Shown here in pieces: positions 21,733-30,211 of a DNA stretch of 64,000 nucleotides. The notes under the pieces are model-generated. The model was not told the origin of the DNA. It did no database searches and saw nothing but the letters and a program-made list of their open reading frames with translations. Source of the DNA: Thermodesulfobacteriota bacterium. GTDB lineage: Bacteria; Desulfobacterota; Desulfobacteria; Desulfobacterales; C00003060. A program made the position numbers and the translations under genes. Within the stretch, counting starts at the first letter, position 1; every line of letters starts with the position of its first letter. The stretch covers positions 17,453-81,452 of the forward strand of contig JAXHVD010000014.1 of NCBI GenBank assembly GCA_034189385.1, given 5' to 3'.

Positions 21733-21828
21733 GTGGGAAGTGTGATCAAGAAACGGAAGAAGAAAATGCGCAAGCATAAACACAAAAAGTTGATGGCCCG
21801 CACCCGCCATCAAAGAAGGAAGAAGTGA
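21733..21828 (+). CDS. small basic protein resembling ribosomal protein bS22 (AURKAIP1/COX24-like)
   Basis: 31 codons with a GTG start 5 nt after GGAGGTGA. Translation is [31 protein letters not shown]. A strong terminator follows. Missing from the ORF track because it is under 60 aa. Confidence 0.7.
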   Translation: [31 protein letters not shown]

Positions 21829-21858
21829 TAATGACCACATATTGCTTTTCCGACACAC

Positions 21859-21906
21859 AAAAGGCACCGCAAACCTCCAAGAAACGCGGTGCCTTTTCTT
21901 TTTTGT
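21859..21906 (+). terminator. rho-independent terminator (likely bidirectional)
   Basis: 10-12-bp stem AAAAGGCACCGC/GCGGTGCCTTTT followed by a T-rich run. Lies between the small basic ORF and the convergent hflC. Confidence 0.8.
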
Positions 21907-21945
21907 GCAGATGACTGAAGGCTTCTTACACGATGACCGAAAAGC

Positions 21946-22890
21946 CTATTTCCCGCCCATATACCCCTTTAAATATTTAAAAAACTCCGTGTCTGTGGAA
22001 AGTACCAGTGAGCTGTCCTTGTCCAGGGTCTCTTTGTAGATCTCAAGGGTCTTTACAAAGGAGTAGAAATCTGGATCCAGACCATAGGAGTCAGCATAGA
22101 TCTTTGTAGCCTCTGCATCGGCCTTTCCCATGATGTCCTGGGCCTTCTTGTAGGCCTCTGACGTAATCTGCTTCAGATCTCTTTCCTTGTCACCTTCAAT
22201 CTTGCGGGCCTCCCCTTTTCCCTCTGAACGAAACTTCTCTGCAATCTGCTTCCGCTCGGCAATCATGCGGGCAAACACCGATCTCTGGACCTCCTCCACA
22301 TAATTGACCCGCTTGATCTTGACGTCCACCAGCTCAATGCCGAACTTCGCAAGCTTGGGCTGGGCCTGCTCCATGATGCTTCTGGTGATCCCCCTTCGAC
22401 CTACTTTTACTGAGCCCAGGTCCCTCTTGTCCTTCATGTCCTCCAGGCCCAGTTCAAAGGTGTCCAGCTCCCGGTCTGTTCTCCTTACCGTTTCAATGAG
22501 GGGATATTCGGCCACCAGATTTCGCACCGCCGGGTCCAAGATGTCGTCCAAACGCCCCTGAGCGCCCGTCATGTTGTTGACTGTCTGGAAAAACTTCAGG
22601 GGATCAACGATCTTCCAGCGTGCAAAGGTGTCTACCCATATAAATGTCTTGTCCTTCGTGGGGATCTGTCCGGGGTCGCCATCCCACTCCTGGAGATTCT
22701 TGGGAAAGTAGTTCACATTCTGTATAAAAGGGACCTTGAATCTTAAGCCTGGCTCCGTAATGGGTTGGCCTACCACCTTGCCAAACTGGGTCACCACAAC
22801 CTGCTGGGTTTCATCTACGGTGTAGACCCCTCCAGAGATGACAAGGAGGGCGATAATGGCAACTAAAATGACAAACCCTTTAGCCTTCAT
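21946..22890 (-). CDS. hflC: protease modulator HflC
   Basis: 314 aa SPFH/band-7 protein with an N-terminal TM helix. Overlaps the hflK stop by 4 nt. Confidence 0.9.
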   Translation of the reverse strand: MKAKGFVILVAIIALLVISGGVYTVDETQQVVVTQFGKVVGQPITEPGLRFKVPFIQNVNYFPKNLQEWDGDPGQIPTKDKTFIWVDTFARWKIVDPLKFFQTVNNMTGAQGRLDDILDPAVRNLVAEYPLIETVRRTDRELDTFELGLEDMKDKRDLGSVKVGRRGITRSIMEQAQPKLAKFGIELVDVKIKRVNYVEEVQRSVFARMIAERKQIAEKFRSEGKGEARKIEGDKERDLKQITSEAYKKAQDIMGKADAEATKIYADSYGLDPDFYSFVKTLEIYKETLDKDSSLVLSTDTEFFKYLKGYMGGK

Positions 22891-23921
22891 TTCGGCGCCC
22901 CCTCTTCTTTGCCCAGATTCAGTAACGGCAGTACGTTCTTCTGGTCCGCATCAATGACATATTTCTTTCCTAACTTAGGGAACAGGTCCTTAAGCGCTTC
23001 CAGATAAAGACGCCTGCGCGTCACGTCCCTGGCCTTGGCATATTCCTCATACTGGGCCGCAAACCTGGCCGCATCGCCCTTGGCCCGGTTCACCCGATCC
23101 AGGGCATACCCCTCGGCCGCCTTGATGGTCTTTTCAGCATTTCCCTTGGCAGCCGGGATCGCCTTGTTGTATTCCTCTCTGGCCTGATAGACCATGCGTT
23201 CCTTTTCCTGAATGGCCTGGTTCACCTCGTTGAAGGACGGCTGCACCGGTTCCGGTACATTGGTCTTCTTCATCTCAATGGTGGAAACATAGATCCCTGT
23301 TTCCGCCTCATCCAGTTCCTCCTGCAACAGCCCTCGTGCCTCTATAGCAATCTCTTCTCTCTTGCTGATGACCTCGTTGATACTCCTGTCGCCCACTACC
23401 AACCGCATCGTGGACTCTGACAAGTCCCGCAACGTGCTCTTTACGTTGTAGACCTTGAAAAGGTACTTCTGGGGATCCTTTACCCGGTACTGCACGATCC
23501 AGGGCACCACGCCCACGTTCAGGTCCCCTGTGAGCATCAAAGACTCCTCGTCATAGGCCTTTCCAGCGGCGTATTGTGTGCGCACACCCGCCTGAAGGGT
23601 TCTGAAACCGAACTCCTCCTTATAGACAAAGCGCACCTTGACCTTGGTGACCTTCTCAATACCTCTGGGAAACTTGACATGCAGCCCAGGGTTCACCGTT
23701 CTCACATACCGGCCAAACCGCTGCACCACGCCCACCTCGTCCACGGCCACCGTATATACAGTGGAAGCACCCAGAAAGACAATGGCGATGAGAAGGAGAA
23801 TGAGCCAGCCACCAGGGAGCTTAAACTCCTTGAATCTCTTCAGCACTTCGTCCATCTGTGGCCCCCCGCCGCCGCCAGATCTCTGTTGCTGTTGCTTAAG
23901 CTTATCCCAATCCCAGGGCAT
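22887..23921 (-). CDS. hflK: protease modulator HflK
   Basis: 344 aa SPFH domain protein with a Gly/Gln-rich N-terminus and one TM helix. Pairs with hflC. Confidence 0.9.
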   Translation of the reverse strand: MPWDWDKLKQQQQRSGGGGGPQMDEVLKRFKEFKLPGGWLILLLIAIVFLGASTVYTVAVDEVGVVQRFGRYVRTVNPGLHVKFPRGIEKVTKVKVRFVYKEEFGFRTLQAGVRTQYAAGKAYDEESLMLTGDLNVGVVPWIVQYRVKDPQKYLFKVYNVKSTLRDLSESTMRLVVGDRSINEVISKREEIAIEARGLLQEELDEAETGIYVSTIEMKKTNVPEPVQPSFNEVNQAIQEKERMVYQAREEYNKAIPAAKGNAEKTIKAAEGYALDRVNRAKGDAARFAAQYEEYAKARDVTRRRLYLEALKDLFPKLGKKYVIDADQKNVLPLLNLGKEEGAPK

Positions 23922-24073
23922 GATTCGCTCCTATCTATCGGTCTCTGACATCCATTTTCTTCTAGACACAGCTACCACTATAGGTAAGCCCATAGACCTG
24001 GTCAAGGGAAAAGCGGTAGCAAAACACAGATTTGTTGACACCTAGAACAAGGGTCAACTATATCCTCTTTGTC

Positions 24074-24388
24074 ATGAAGCGCAAACAGATGGCAAAGCCA
24101 GCCCCTCTCGGGAGCGTGTTGAAAGAAGCCCTAAAGGCGTCTCATATCGACGTGGATCTGGAGCTCTATGGGCTCTGGGAGCTGTGGCCGGACACCGTAG
24201 GGCCCCTTATTGAAAAAAACGCCCGGCCTGCCGCCATTAAAGGGAAATTGCTTCTAGTAAACGTCTCGAGCGCTCCATGGATACAACAGCTTCAATACCT
24301 AAAACAAGAGTTGATCCAGAAACTAAATCAGGCCCTTGGCAGGAACGCAGTGGCAGACATTCGGTTCAAGATCGGCCCCTTGGAATGA
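24074..24388 (+). CDS. dciA: DUF721/DciA-family protein
   Basis: PLGSVL...L...W..W...VG..I...ARP......L.V.V.S..W.QQL pattern. ATG 24074 is preferred over the ORF-track start 24032. Confidence 0.75.
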   Translation: MKRKQMAKPAPLGSVLKEALKASHIDVDLELYGLWELWPDTVGPLIEKNARPAAIKGKLLLVNVSSAPWIQQLQYLKQELIQKLNQALGRNAVADIRFKIGPLE

Positions 24389-25106
24389 CGGACGACTCCC
24401 CTAGCATGGCCATCATTTCCTGACTATAGCTTCCATCTTTGTTGTGGACAACAAGGGGGGCGGCGACCTTGAGGCCTGGTTTGCCACGTTTTAGCCCCTC
24501 TGCCAGGACCAACTCGGCATCTTTATTCTCCTTGGAATGGACCCATCTGAGTCCCTTGGGTTCAAGCTTTGAGGCTCGCATCTGCGTGAGAAGGTCTGTG
24601 GCACGGTCAGCAGCATAGATCACAAAGACACGGCCTGAGGTCTTGAGGAGCTTTTCAGCAACCCAGAGGACATCAGAGATAGCAGCTTTCACCTCGTGCT
24701 TGGCCACAGCCTTCTCAGGATCTGGATTAAGCCGACCAGAGTGGAGTTTGCGGTAAGGGGGGTTGCTGCATACGACATCTGCTACCCCCGATCTGAGATA
24801 GGGCCCGAGATCTTTCATGTCGGTGTGCAAAATGGTAATCTGGCCCTCCATATGATTCAGCCTCACGTTCTTTAAGGCCAGTTCAGCTAAGTCCTTCTGA
24901 ATCTCAATCCCATAAACCTGTAGTAGCGGAAACCGGGAGGCCAAGATGAGAGGAATAATTCCACAGCCGGTCCCTAGATCAACTGCCACAGCTGGGGCTT
25001 TCAAAGATACATGATGGGCGAGCACGACGGCGTCAATGGAAAACCTGTACCCCCTCCTTTTCTGGCATATTCTAAGTCCCTTCAGAAAAGGCGTCTCTGT
25101 AGTCAT
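24366..25106 (-). CDS. SAM-dependent methyltransferase, tRNA1(Val) m6A37 (TrmN6/YfiC-like)
   Basis: Motif I DLGTGCGIIPL and the N6-adenine motif NPPY (CSNPPYRK). Confidence 0.75.
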   Translation of the reverse strand: MTTETPFLKGLRICQKRRGYRFSIDAVVLAHHVSLKAPAVAVDLGTGCGIIPLILASRFPLLQVYGIEIQKDLAELALKNVRLNHMEGQITILHTDMKDLGPYLRSGVADVVCSNPPYRKLHSGRLNPDPEKAVAKHEVKAAISDVLWVAEKLLKTSGRVFVIYAADRATDLLTQMRASKLEPKGLRWVHSKENKDAELVLAEGLKRGKPGLKVAAPLVVHNKDGSYSQEMMAMLGESSVIPRGRS

Positions 25107-25339
25107 GATCAGTCCTTCGGGGAAGAGCCCAACTCAGCGGCCTGGCATTTTGTGATAAGCAAAAGGCTGACGGTGGCGTAGAACGTCAGAAAATAGGCTT
25201 TCCCCTCACACTGGCAAAAGCCGGAATCCAGCTCAATACGTTCTGGACTCCAGCATTCGCCGGAATAACAAGGCTTAGGGCTTTTTACGACTCTGTCAAG
25301 GTTGCCCCATCCAGCCCGTCATCCACACCCCATGGTGGA

Positions 25340-26668
25340 CTAGCCACCAAGCTTGTTCATCACCAGGCCACTTAAGACCTTTGGGAAAAAGTAAGTCGAC
25401 TTGCGCGGCATAATGAGGCCCGCCTGCGATGTTTCTTCTACGTCAGAGAGTCTGGTGGGATTAAGGATAAGGGCAACGTCGCAGGTGCCATTATGAATGG
25501 CATTGAAGGCTTTTTGGATTCGGCTCGTATACAATATACGCCTTTCATCATCTAGGGCAGCCTCTTCAAACCCTAATACCTTCTCTAACAGAAGCTTCGT
25601 GGCAATGGTGACATCGAGTTTCCTAAGGGGTCCCGGGATGTCTCCGTTATGAAGCTGGTCCATGATCCCTGTCTTCGGGCGAAGAACATAGCCGGCCCTA
25701 TGACCTCTGACAACAGCACCCATGACACCGCGCCCGGCGCCTTTGCGGATTTTCGCCAAGAAAGGGCCAGGAGCCCCCACCTGGCCATGGGCCCCAACGT
25801 CCATGGCCTCCACATCAAAAAAGGCGCCGGCCTTTTCGGCAAATCGGTCCATGGCATTTCGGGAGACCTGGCAGAGCATTCGATGAACCGAGCGCATGAT
25901 CAGTCCAGGATCTTGCATGCTGGTCAGATACATCATCACAGAATTGTATGGGGCCCTTGCATCAGGTCCACCTTTCTGTGACTCCATCTGACGCCTGTAG
26001 ATCAAGGCCGTTTCATACCGGTGGTGCCCGTCTGCGATGTAAAGTGGCTTTTGTGCCAGTTTTTCACTGACCCCTTGATGGATCTTTGGATCGGTCACGC
26101 GCCAGAGTCGGTGACGGTACCCGATCACCTCGGTGAAATCCGCATCGGGCTCCATCTCCTCTGCCGTGGACCGGAGAAGGCCCATGATCTCTTCGTCAGG
26201 ATCAGAAAATAATGAGAAGACAGGGCTGAAATTGGCCTTGCATGTCTGTATCAGTCTCAGGCGGTCTGCTCTTGTGGCCGAGAAGGTCTTTTCGTGGGGA
26301 AGGATGGCGCCGCCGAAGTCCTCGAGTTCCACCAAGGCGATGAATCCAAGACGCGTGCGCAACACGCCTTCGCTCTTAAAATCCATCTTCGTCAAGTACA
26401 AGGCGGGCTCGCTGTCTTGCTTGAGTATCCCCTGTTCAAGCCATGTATGGAAGTGCCTGGCGGCACGGGTGTATCGATCGTTTTCCTCAGTATCATCAGG
26501 TTCGTCTTGGCTCAGGATCAACCGAACCACATTTTGAGGATGCCTATCAAAATACTCCTGCCGCTCCCGCTCTGAAATAACGTCATAGGGCGGCGTGACG
26601 ACATCCTTTAGATCTTGAATTCTTTCTTGATTGTAAACGATCCCTTGAAAGGGACTAATGGTGGCCAT
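25340..26668 (-). CDS. DUF1015 domain-containing protein
   Basis: ISPF.G..YN.......V..PPYDVIS start typical of DUF1015. ATG 26668 is preferred because the ORF-track N-terminal 15 aa (MPQLLNVTN...) come from MITE copy A3. Confidence 0.8.
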   Translation of the reverse strand: MATISPFQGIVYNQERIQDLKDVVTPPYDVISERERQEYFDRHPQNVVRLILSQDEPDDTEENDRYTRAARHFHTWLEQGILKQDSEPALYLTKMDFKSEGVLRTRLGFIALVELEDFGGAILPHEKTFSATRADRLRLIQTCKANFSPVFSLFSDPDEEIMGLLRSTAEEMEPDADFTEVIGYRHRLWRVTDPKIHQGVSEKLAQKPLYIADGHHRYETALIYRRQMESQKGGPDARAPYNSVMMYLTSMQDPGLIMRSVHRMLCQVSRNAMDRFAEKAGAFFDVEAMDVGAHGQVGAPGPFLAKIRKGAGRGVMGAVVRGHRAGYVLRPKTGIMDQLHNGDIPGPLRKLDVTIATKLLLEKVLGFEEAALDDERRILYTSRIQKAFNAIHNGTCDVALILNPTRLSDVEETSQAGLIMPRKSTYFFPKVLSGLVMNKLGG

Positions 26669-26689
26669 GAGTCTGTTCCTTAATCTGTT

Positions 26690-26889
26690 GGTAACGTTCA
26701 AAAGTTGAGGCAAACTCTCTTAGCAGGCAGTTAAAAGGATAGGGAGGATCGCTGAACGTAGGCATACAGCCATTTCGATCCACACCGATGGTATTGGCTA
26801 CTTAAAGGCCTTGGATGCCGAAGAGAAGCGATTCGCCCTATCCGGAATGTCTATTCAGGAATAGACTGTCACAACTCCTGAACGTTACC
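26690..26889 (-). mobile_element. MITE family A, copy A3 (200 bp)
   Basis: TIRs GGTAACGTTCAAAAGT ... CTCCTGAACGTTACC. Perfect 8-bp direct repeat AATCTGTT at 26682-26689 and 26890-26897. Confidence 0.9.
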
Positions 26890-27020
26890 AATCTGTTTTA
26901 GTAGCCTGGGCCTGAAATCCAGCCTTGAGCTTTGAATGTGCCCACAGCATGGGCATGGAGTGAGGGAGGTGATACTAGAAACGCAGGCCTTGTGCAAGCC
27001 CTAATTGGCTTGACCTCATA

Positions 27021-27049
27021 TTGACAGGTATTGACAAAAGGATTATGAA
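27021..27049 (+). promoter_or_regulatory. candidate sigma70-type promoter for tRNA-Ser
   Basis: TTGACA (27021-27026), 17-nt spacer, TATGAA (27044-27049). About 27 nt upstream of the tRNA 5' end. Confidence 0.3.
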
Positions 27050-27075
27050 CAAGACGATCGTCAATGTGGTCTCTT

Positions 27076-27168
27076 GGAGAGGTTGCCGAGTGGCTGAAGG
27101 CCCCGCTCTCGAAAAGCGGTATCCTGTGAAAAACGGGATCGTGGGTTCGAATCCCACCCTCTCCGCCA
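27076..27168 (+). tRNA. tRNA-Ser (anticodon CGA)
   Basis: Acceptor GGAGAGG/CCTCTCC, anticodon loop CTCGAAA, long variable arm, T-loop GGTTCGAATCC, encoded CCA. Confidence 0.95.
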
Positions 27169-27496
27169 GTTATTTCATATACTTCACTTGTAAACGATGG
27201 CCCCAGAAGGAGGCTAGCACAGACGGCCCTTTCCCAACTTCAAGTGCGCAGAGACTGTTACATCCCTGTCCTTGCCCCTCTCATCTGTTCTCCATCCCCT
27301 GGATCGCCGGGGCCAAAGGCTTTTCCATGAATACGGGGCCCACAATTTCAACTCTCACTCACGTCGCCCGAGTCACAGATCTCACCAAGGAAAGTGAGCA
27401 GGGAAACGGATGAAACGAGAGAAAGAAGTAATGACGTGAAACGAAAAAAGGGAAGTGGCAGGCGCAGGTCTTTCAGGCCCAAGATTCCGTACGTGC

Positions 27497-27742
27497 CTAT
27501 CGGTGGTATTTCTGAAAGATGGCAAAATGTGTGGGACATGAACAAATATAGCTGTATCCAAAAAGGACTCGATAGGGGCAGGCAATGAGCTCAGCGTCTT
27601 TCAAAAACAATACATTCTTGCCGACTGCGTAACGGACTTCACACATGCCGCCACCTCCGTGTTCCTCGGCACGAAGACAGAAAAACTGGCGTGGACACCT
27701 CACGGTTTCTCTGATCACCTCATCTGGTATGCTATATGTCAT
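27497..27742 (-). CDS. hypothetical Cys-rich small protein
   Basis: 81-aa ORF with 7 Cys (CPRQFFC ... C ... CPY ... CSCP) and a weak AAGGGA SD. The only plausible ORF in a poorly coding stretch. Confidence 0.4.
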   Translation of the reverse strand: MTYSIPDEVIRETVRCPRQFFCLRAEEHGGGGMCEVRYAVGKNVLFLKDAELIACPYRVLFGYSYICSCPTHFAIFQKYHR

Positions 27743-28576
27743 AGTCCCTTACTTGGTTGAAACGGAAAAGACAATGGCTGGCGAAACCCTTGCCGCCCTG
27801 AAGTGGCCTATCCATGTCTTTTTTTTGTAGCCTATCGACTTTAAGGGAGTCAATCCCCATAACATGCCATTTTCTAGACAAAAACTACCTATCGTTTCTG
27901 CGGAAACTACGTAGGCCAAGGGGCCCATTTTCCGGCCTTGGCCGGTTCGCGCGCCTGTCCAGTCTGTCTAAGGCAGTAGGACAAGGCCCAGTGACGCAGC
28001 AGCGGGGAGAGATGGCTGACGGGCAGAAGAAACAAAAGAACCCCCTGAGAACATTGGGGGCATGAGGGAGAGATGGAGGACCCCGTGCCACTGTTCCCAG
28101 GGGAGGAGGTAAGAGGACGGAAGTGGGATGGGTTTACCACATGTAGTCCGTCCGTTATGTGAAAATAAGCACGATCAAAGAGGAAGTCAAGTCGAACCCC
28201 TCACCCTTGCACCGTCTTTTTGACAAAAAAGGGGGGGCGTTCAGGACCCATGGGACAACACATGCCATCAACGACGCAAGGTGAAAACAATGCCAGGACC
28301 ATCGTTTGACTTCGATGGACTTTTCCTGTATATTAATATAAATATCGTCACTTTTTACATAATTATGGGGCTGCGGCCACGAGGGTGGTCTCCACAGAAG
28401 GAGTGCCTGTGCCAACGCCGCTTCTAACGGGGATGGCTTTCTTGGCAGGCCTTAAAACAAAGGCCCTTTGATCCTTTTGATTGTGATCTCTCTGCTCGTC
28501 GCGTCACAGGGACGGGGACCCATGAAAAGCGCCTGTCTTCTTTCAACAGATCCCTTGTGCAAAAAAGGACCGTCAC

Positions 28577-29155
28577 ATGAGTAGCCGTCGACGTGGTCAG
28601 AGGGAGAAGCGATCAGGAGGAAAGAAGGGCAACGTGTCCGGGTCAAGAAGCACGTATGAGTGGAATTTCAATGCGTCAGGGGACTGGTGGCAAGATAGGC
28701 GGTCCGGAGATGACAGGCGAGGGCCAGGTGTTGATGCATATCAGAAGGTTTCTTCCCGGGAGCTGACCATGAAAGGGCCGATTGAGCAAAGACAGTATGC
28801 GCGATTTCGCGTCCCTGGCCTCGGCGCCTATGCCGTCTTTAGACGCCACGGGCCTTTGTCCCCTATGATGGGTGAGATTATCGATGTGGGAGGCGGTGGC
28901 CTTTCGTTTTGTTACACGACCAACGAAAAAGACCCGTCCAGACCATCTGAGTTAGACATCCTCTTGACAGACGGCAGTTTTTCATTAAACCACCTCCCCT
29001 TTAAGCTCATATCGGAGGTGCCATTAGAAGATGAAGGATCTCTCGGCATTGCCACCAGGCGATGTGGCGTGCAGTTCCAGGACCTGACAGATCACCAGAG
29101 ATCTCACCTGATGTATTTCATCCAGGCATACACTACGGCAGACCCAGAGGCGTAG
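28577..29155 (+). CDS. PilZ domain-containing protein
   Basis: RxxxR (RQYAR) and D.xxxG (IDVGGGGLSF) c-di-GMP-binding motifs. The N-terminal 64 aa are an Arg/Gly/Ser-rich low-complexity region. An alternative start at ATG 28769 has a better SD (GGGAG). Confidence 0.7.
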   Translation: MSSRRRGQREKRSGGKKGNVSGSRSTYEWNFNASGDWWQDRRSGDDRRGPGVDAYQKVSSRELTMKGPIEQRQYARFRVPGLGAYAVFRRHGPLSPMMGEIIDVGGGGLSFCYTTNEKDPSRPSELDILLTDGSFSLNHLPFKLISEVPLEDEGSLGIATRRCGVQFQDLTDHQRSHLMYFIQAYTTADPEA

Positions 29156-29535
29156 CAGGGCTCGGGCAAGCCAAGAATTCCCCCACCGCCCTATCAATCC
29201 CTTTGCCGTTCATCCGCAAGGGGGCAGGCTACAGGCCCATGGGGGCGTCAAAAGATTCTGTCATGGACATTTAAGGCAGTCCTACTAAGGGCTTTCCGTG
29301 CTGGCGGCACAGCGCTCCATTAGACGCTCTTTGGACGAGCGGTTCCACAGGACTTGTCATTCTAGCCGTAAGATGCTAACTCTCCCTATCCTGCACGGAA
29401 AGGCAGCCTTGCCACCAGCGGCGCTTGCTGTGGACCTTGATCCAGGTTCGCCAGAATGACGTGACATGGCCGCTTTGCACTTTTCGTGAATCCGTCATCA
29501 TTAGACCGGAAAAAAGAACTAAGGAGGAAAAGACG

Positions 29536-29787
29536 GTGAAAGACGACAGGGGCTTATACTACTATCCTTTTCCCCAGAACAAACGGGTCCGTATGTATGT
29601 GCGCGAAATTGAGGGCAACATCTTGTTCAGGCTTTGGAATACAGACGATCCTGCACTCTGGGACGAACACGGCTGGGTACCCTACGATGCCATCAAGCAA
29701 GCTGCAGCCATGCACAACCACAAGAAGTTTGACCCCAACCAGGCCTACGACATCAATGTGGCCAAGATGCTCCTCAAGGATGCGTAA
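29536..29787 (+). CDS. hypothetical protein
   Basis: GTG 29536 is preceded by AAGGAGGA. 83 aa, MKDDRGLYYYPFPQNKRVRMYVRE... The longer ORF-track start 29425 lacks an SD. Confidence 0.55.
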   Translation: MKDDRGLYYYPFPQNKRVRMYVREIEGNILFRLWNTDDPALWDEHGWVPYDAIKQAAAMHNHKKFDPNQAYDINVAKMLLKDA

Positions 29788-29935
29788 ACCTCGAACTGCT
29801 TATCGCCTCACTCCCCGACCCCCTTTGATCAACTCATGGGGACAAGAGACTCTTGTTCGACATTGCCTATCTATCTTCTGGGTCTCACCCCCATGTCCCT
29901 TGGAGAAACCACCCCAAATCAATAGCCCCCCTTGG

Positions 29936-30179
29936 AGACCTTTGCAGAACCCTTCTCACTTGATTCTGTGATCTATTTGACCCTTTTTCGGCCTTGTTCG
30001 CCAAATCGCGACACGAAGTGCCTCTCTTCAAGCCGCCAGGCGCAACCTTTGCCCTCATACTCGGCCTAAGGGCCTCAAACAGTTCACGATTTACCCACTA
30101 GCGTGGGCCGCTCACAGCAGCCGAATGGGTGCCCCAAATAGCTCACAATGACCGTTCGAAAGGGTTATGCAAAGCTCTC
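29936..30179 (+). repeat. repeat family C, copy C1 (TIR-bounded, about 244 bp)
   Basis: Ends GAGACCTTTGCAGAAC ... GTTATGCAAAGCTCTC match as inverted repeats at 14/16. CCTTG occurs on both flanks. Shares three modules with 60086-60318. Confidence 0.75.
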
Positions 30180-30211
30180 CCTTGGTCAATGACAGACACA
30201 GGCCTTGGGCA

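Noticed and set aside
25175-25310. Degenerate palindromic element containing GCCGGAATCCAG ... CTGGACTCCAGCATTCGCCGGAATAAC ... TTTTTACGACTCTGTCAAG
   Set aside because: It resembles dispersed repeats I recall from other anaerobe genomes. However, there is only one decayed copy here, with no clear ends or duplication, so the call rests on memory rather than evidence.
28170-28215. GAGGAAGTC... and GTCGAACCCCTCACCC strings reminiscent of an RNase P P4 motif or a tRNA T-arm fragment
   Set aside because: No cloverleaf or P4 pairing partner can be drawn. The similarity is limited to a few bases.
28490-28576. Possible c-di-GMP riboswitch upstream of the PilZ gene (contains CACAGGGACGGGGACCC)
   Set aside because: It does not fit the GEMM-I consensus (no GGCAAACC / GGGACGCAAAGCC pair of stems).
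27076-30211. Integrated genomic island at tRNA-Ser
   Set aside because: No integrase, no direct repeat of the tRNA 3' end within the window, and no mobility genes. Only low coding density supports the idea, so it is kept as a low-interest finding rather than a call.
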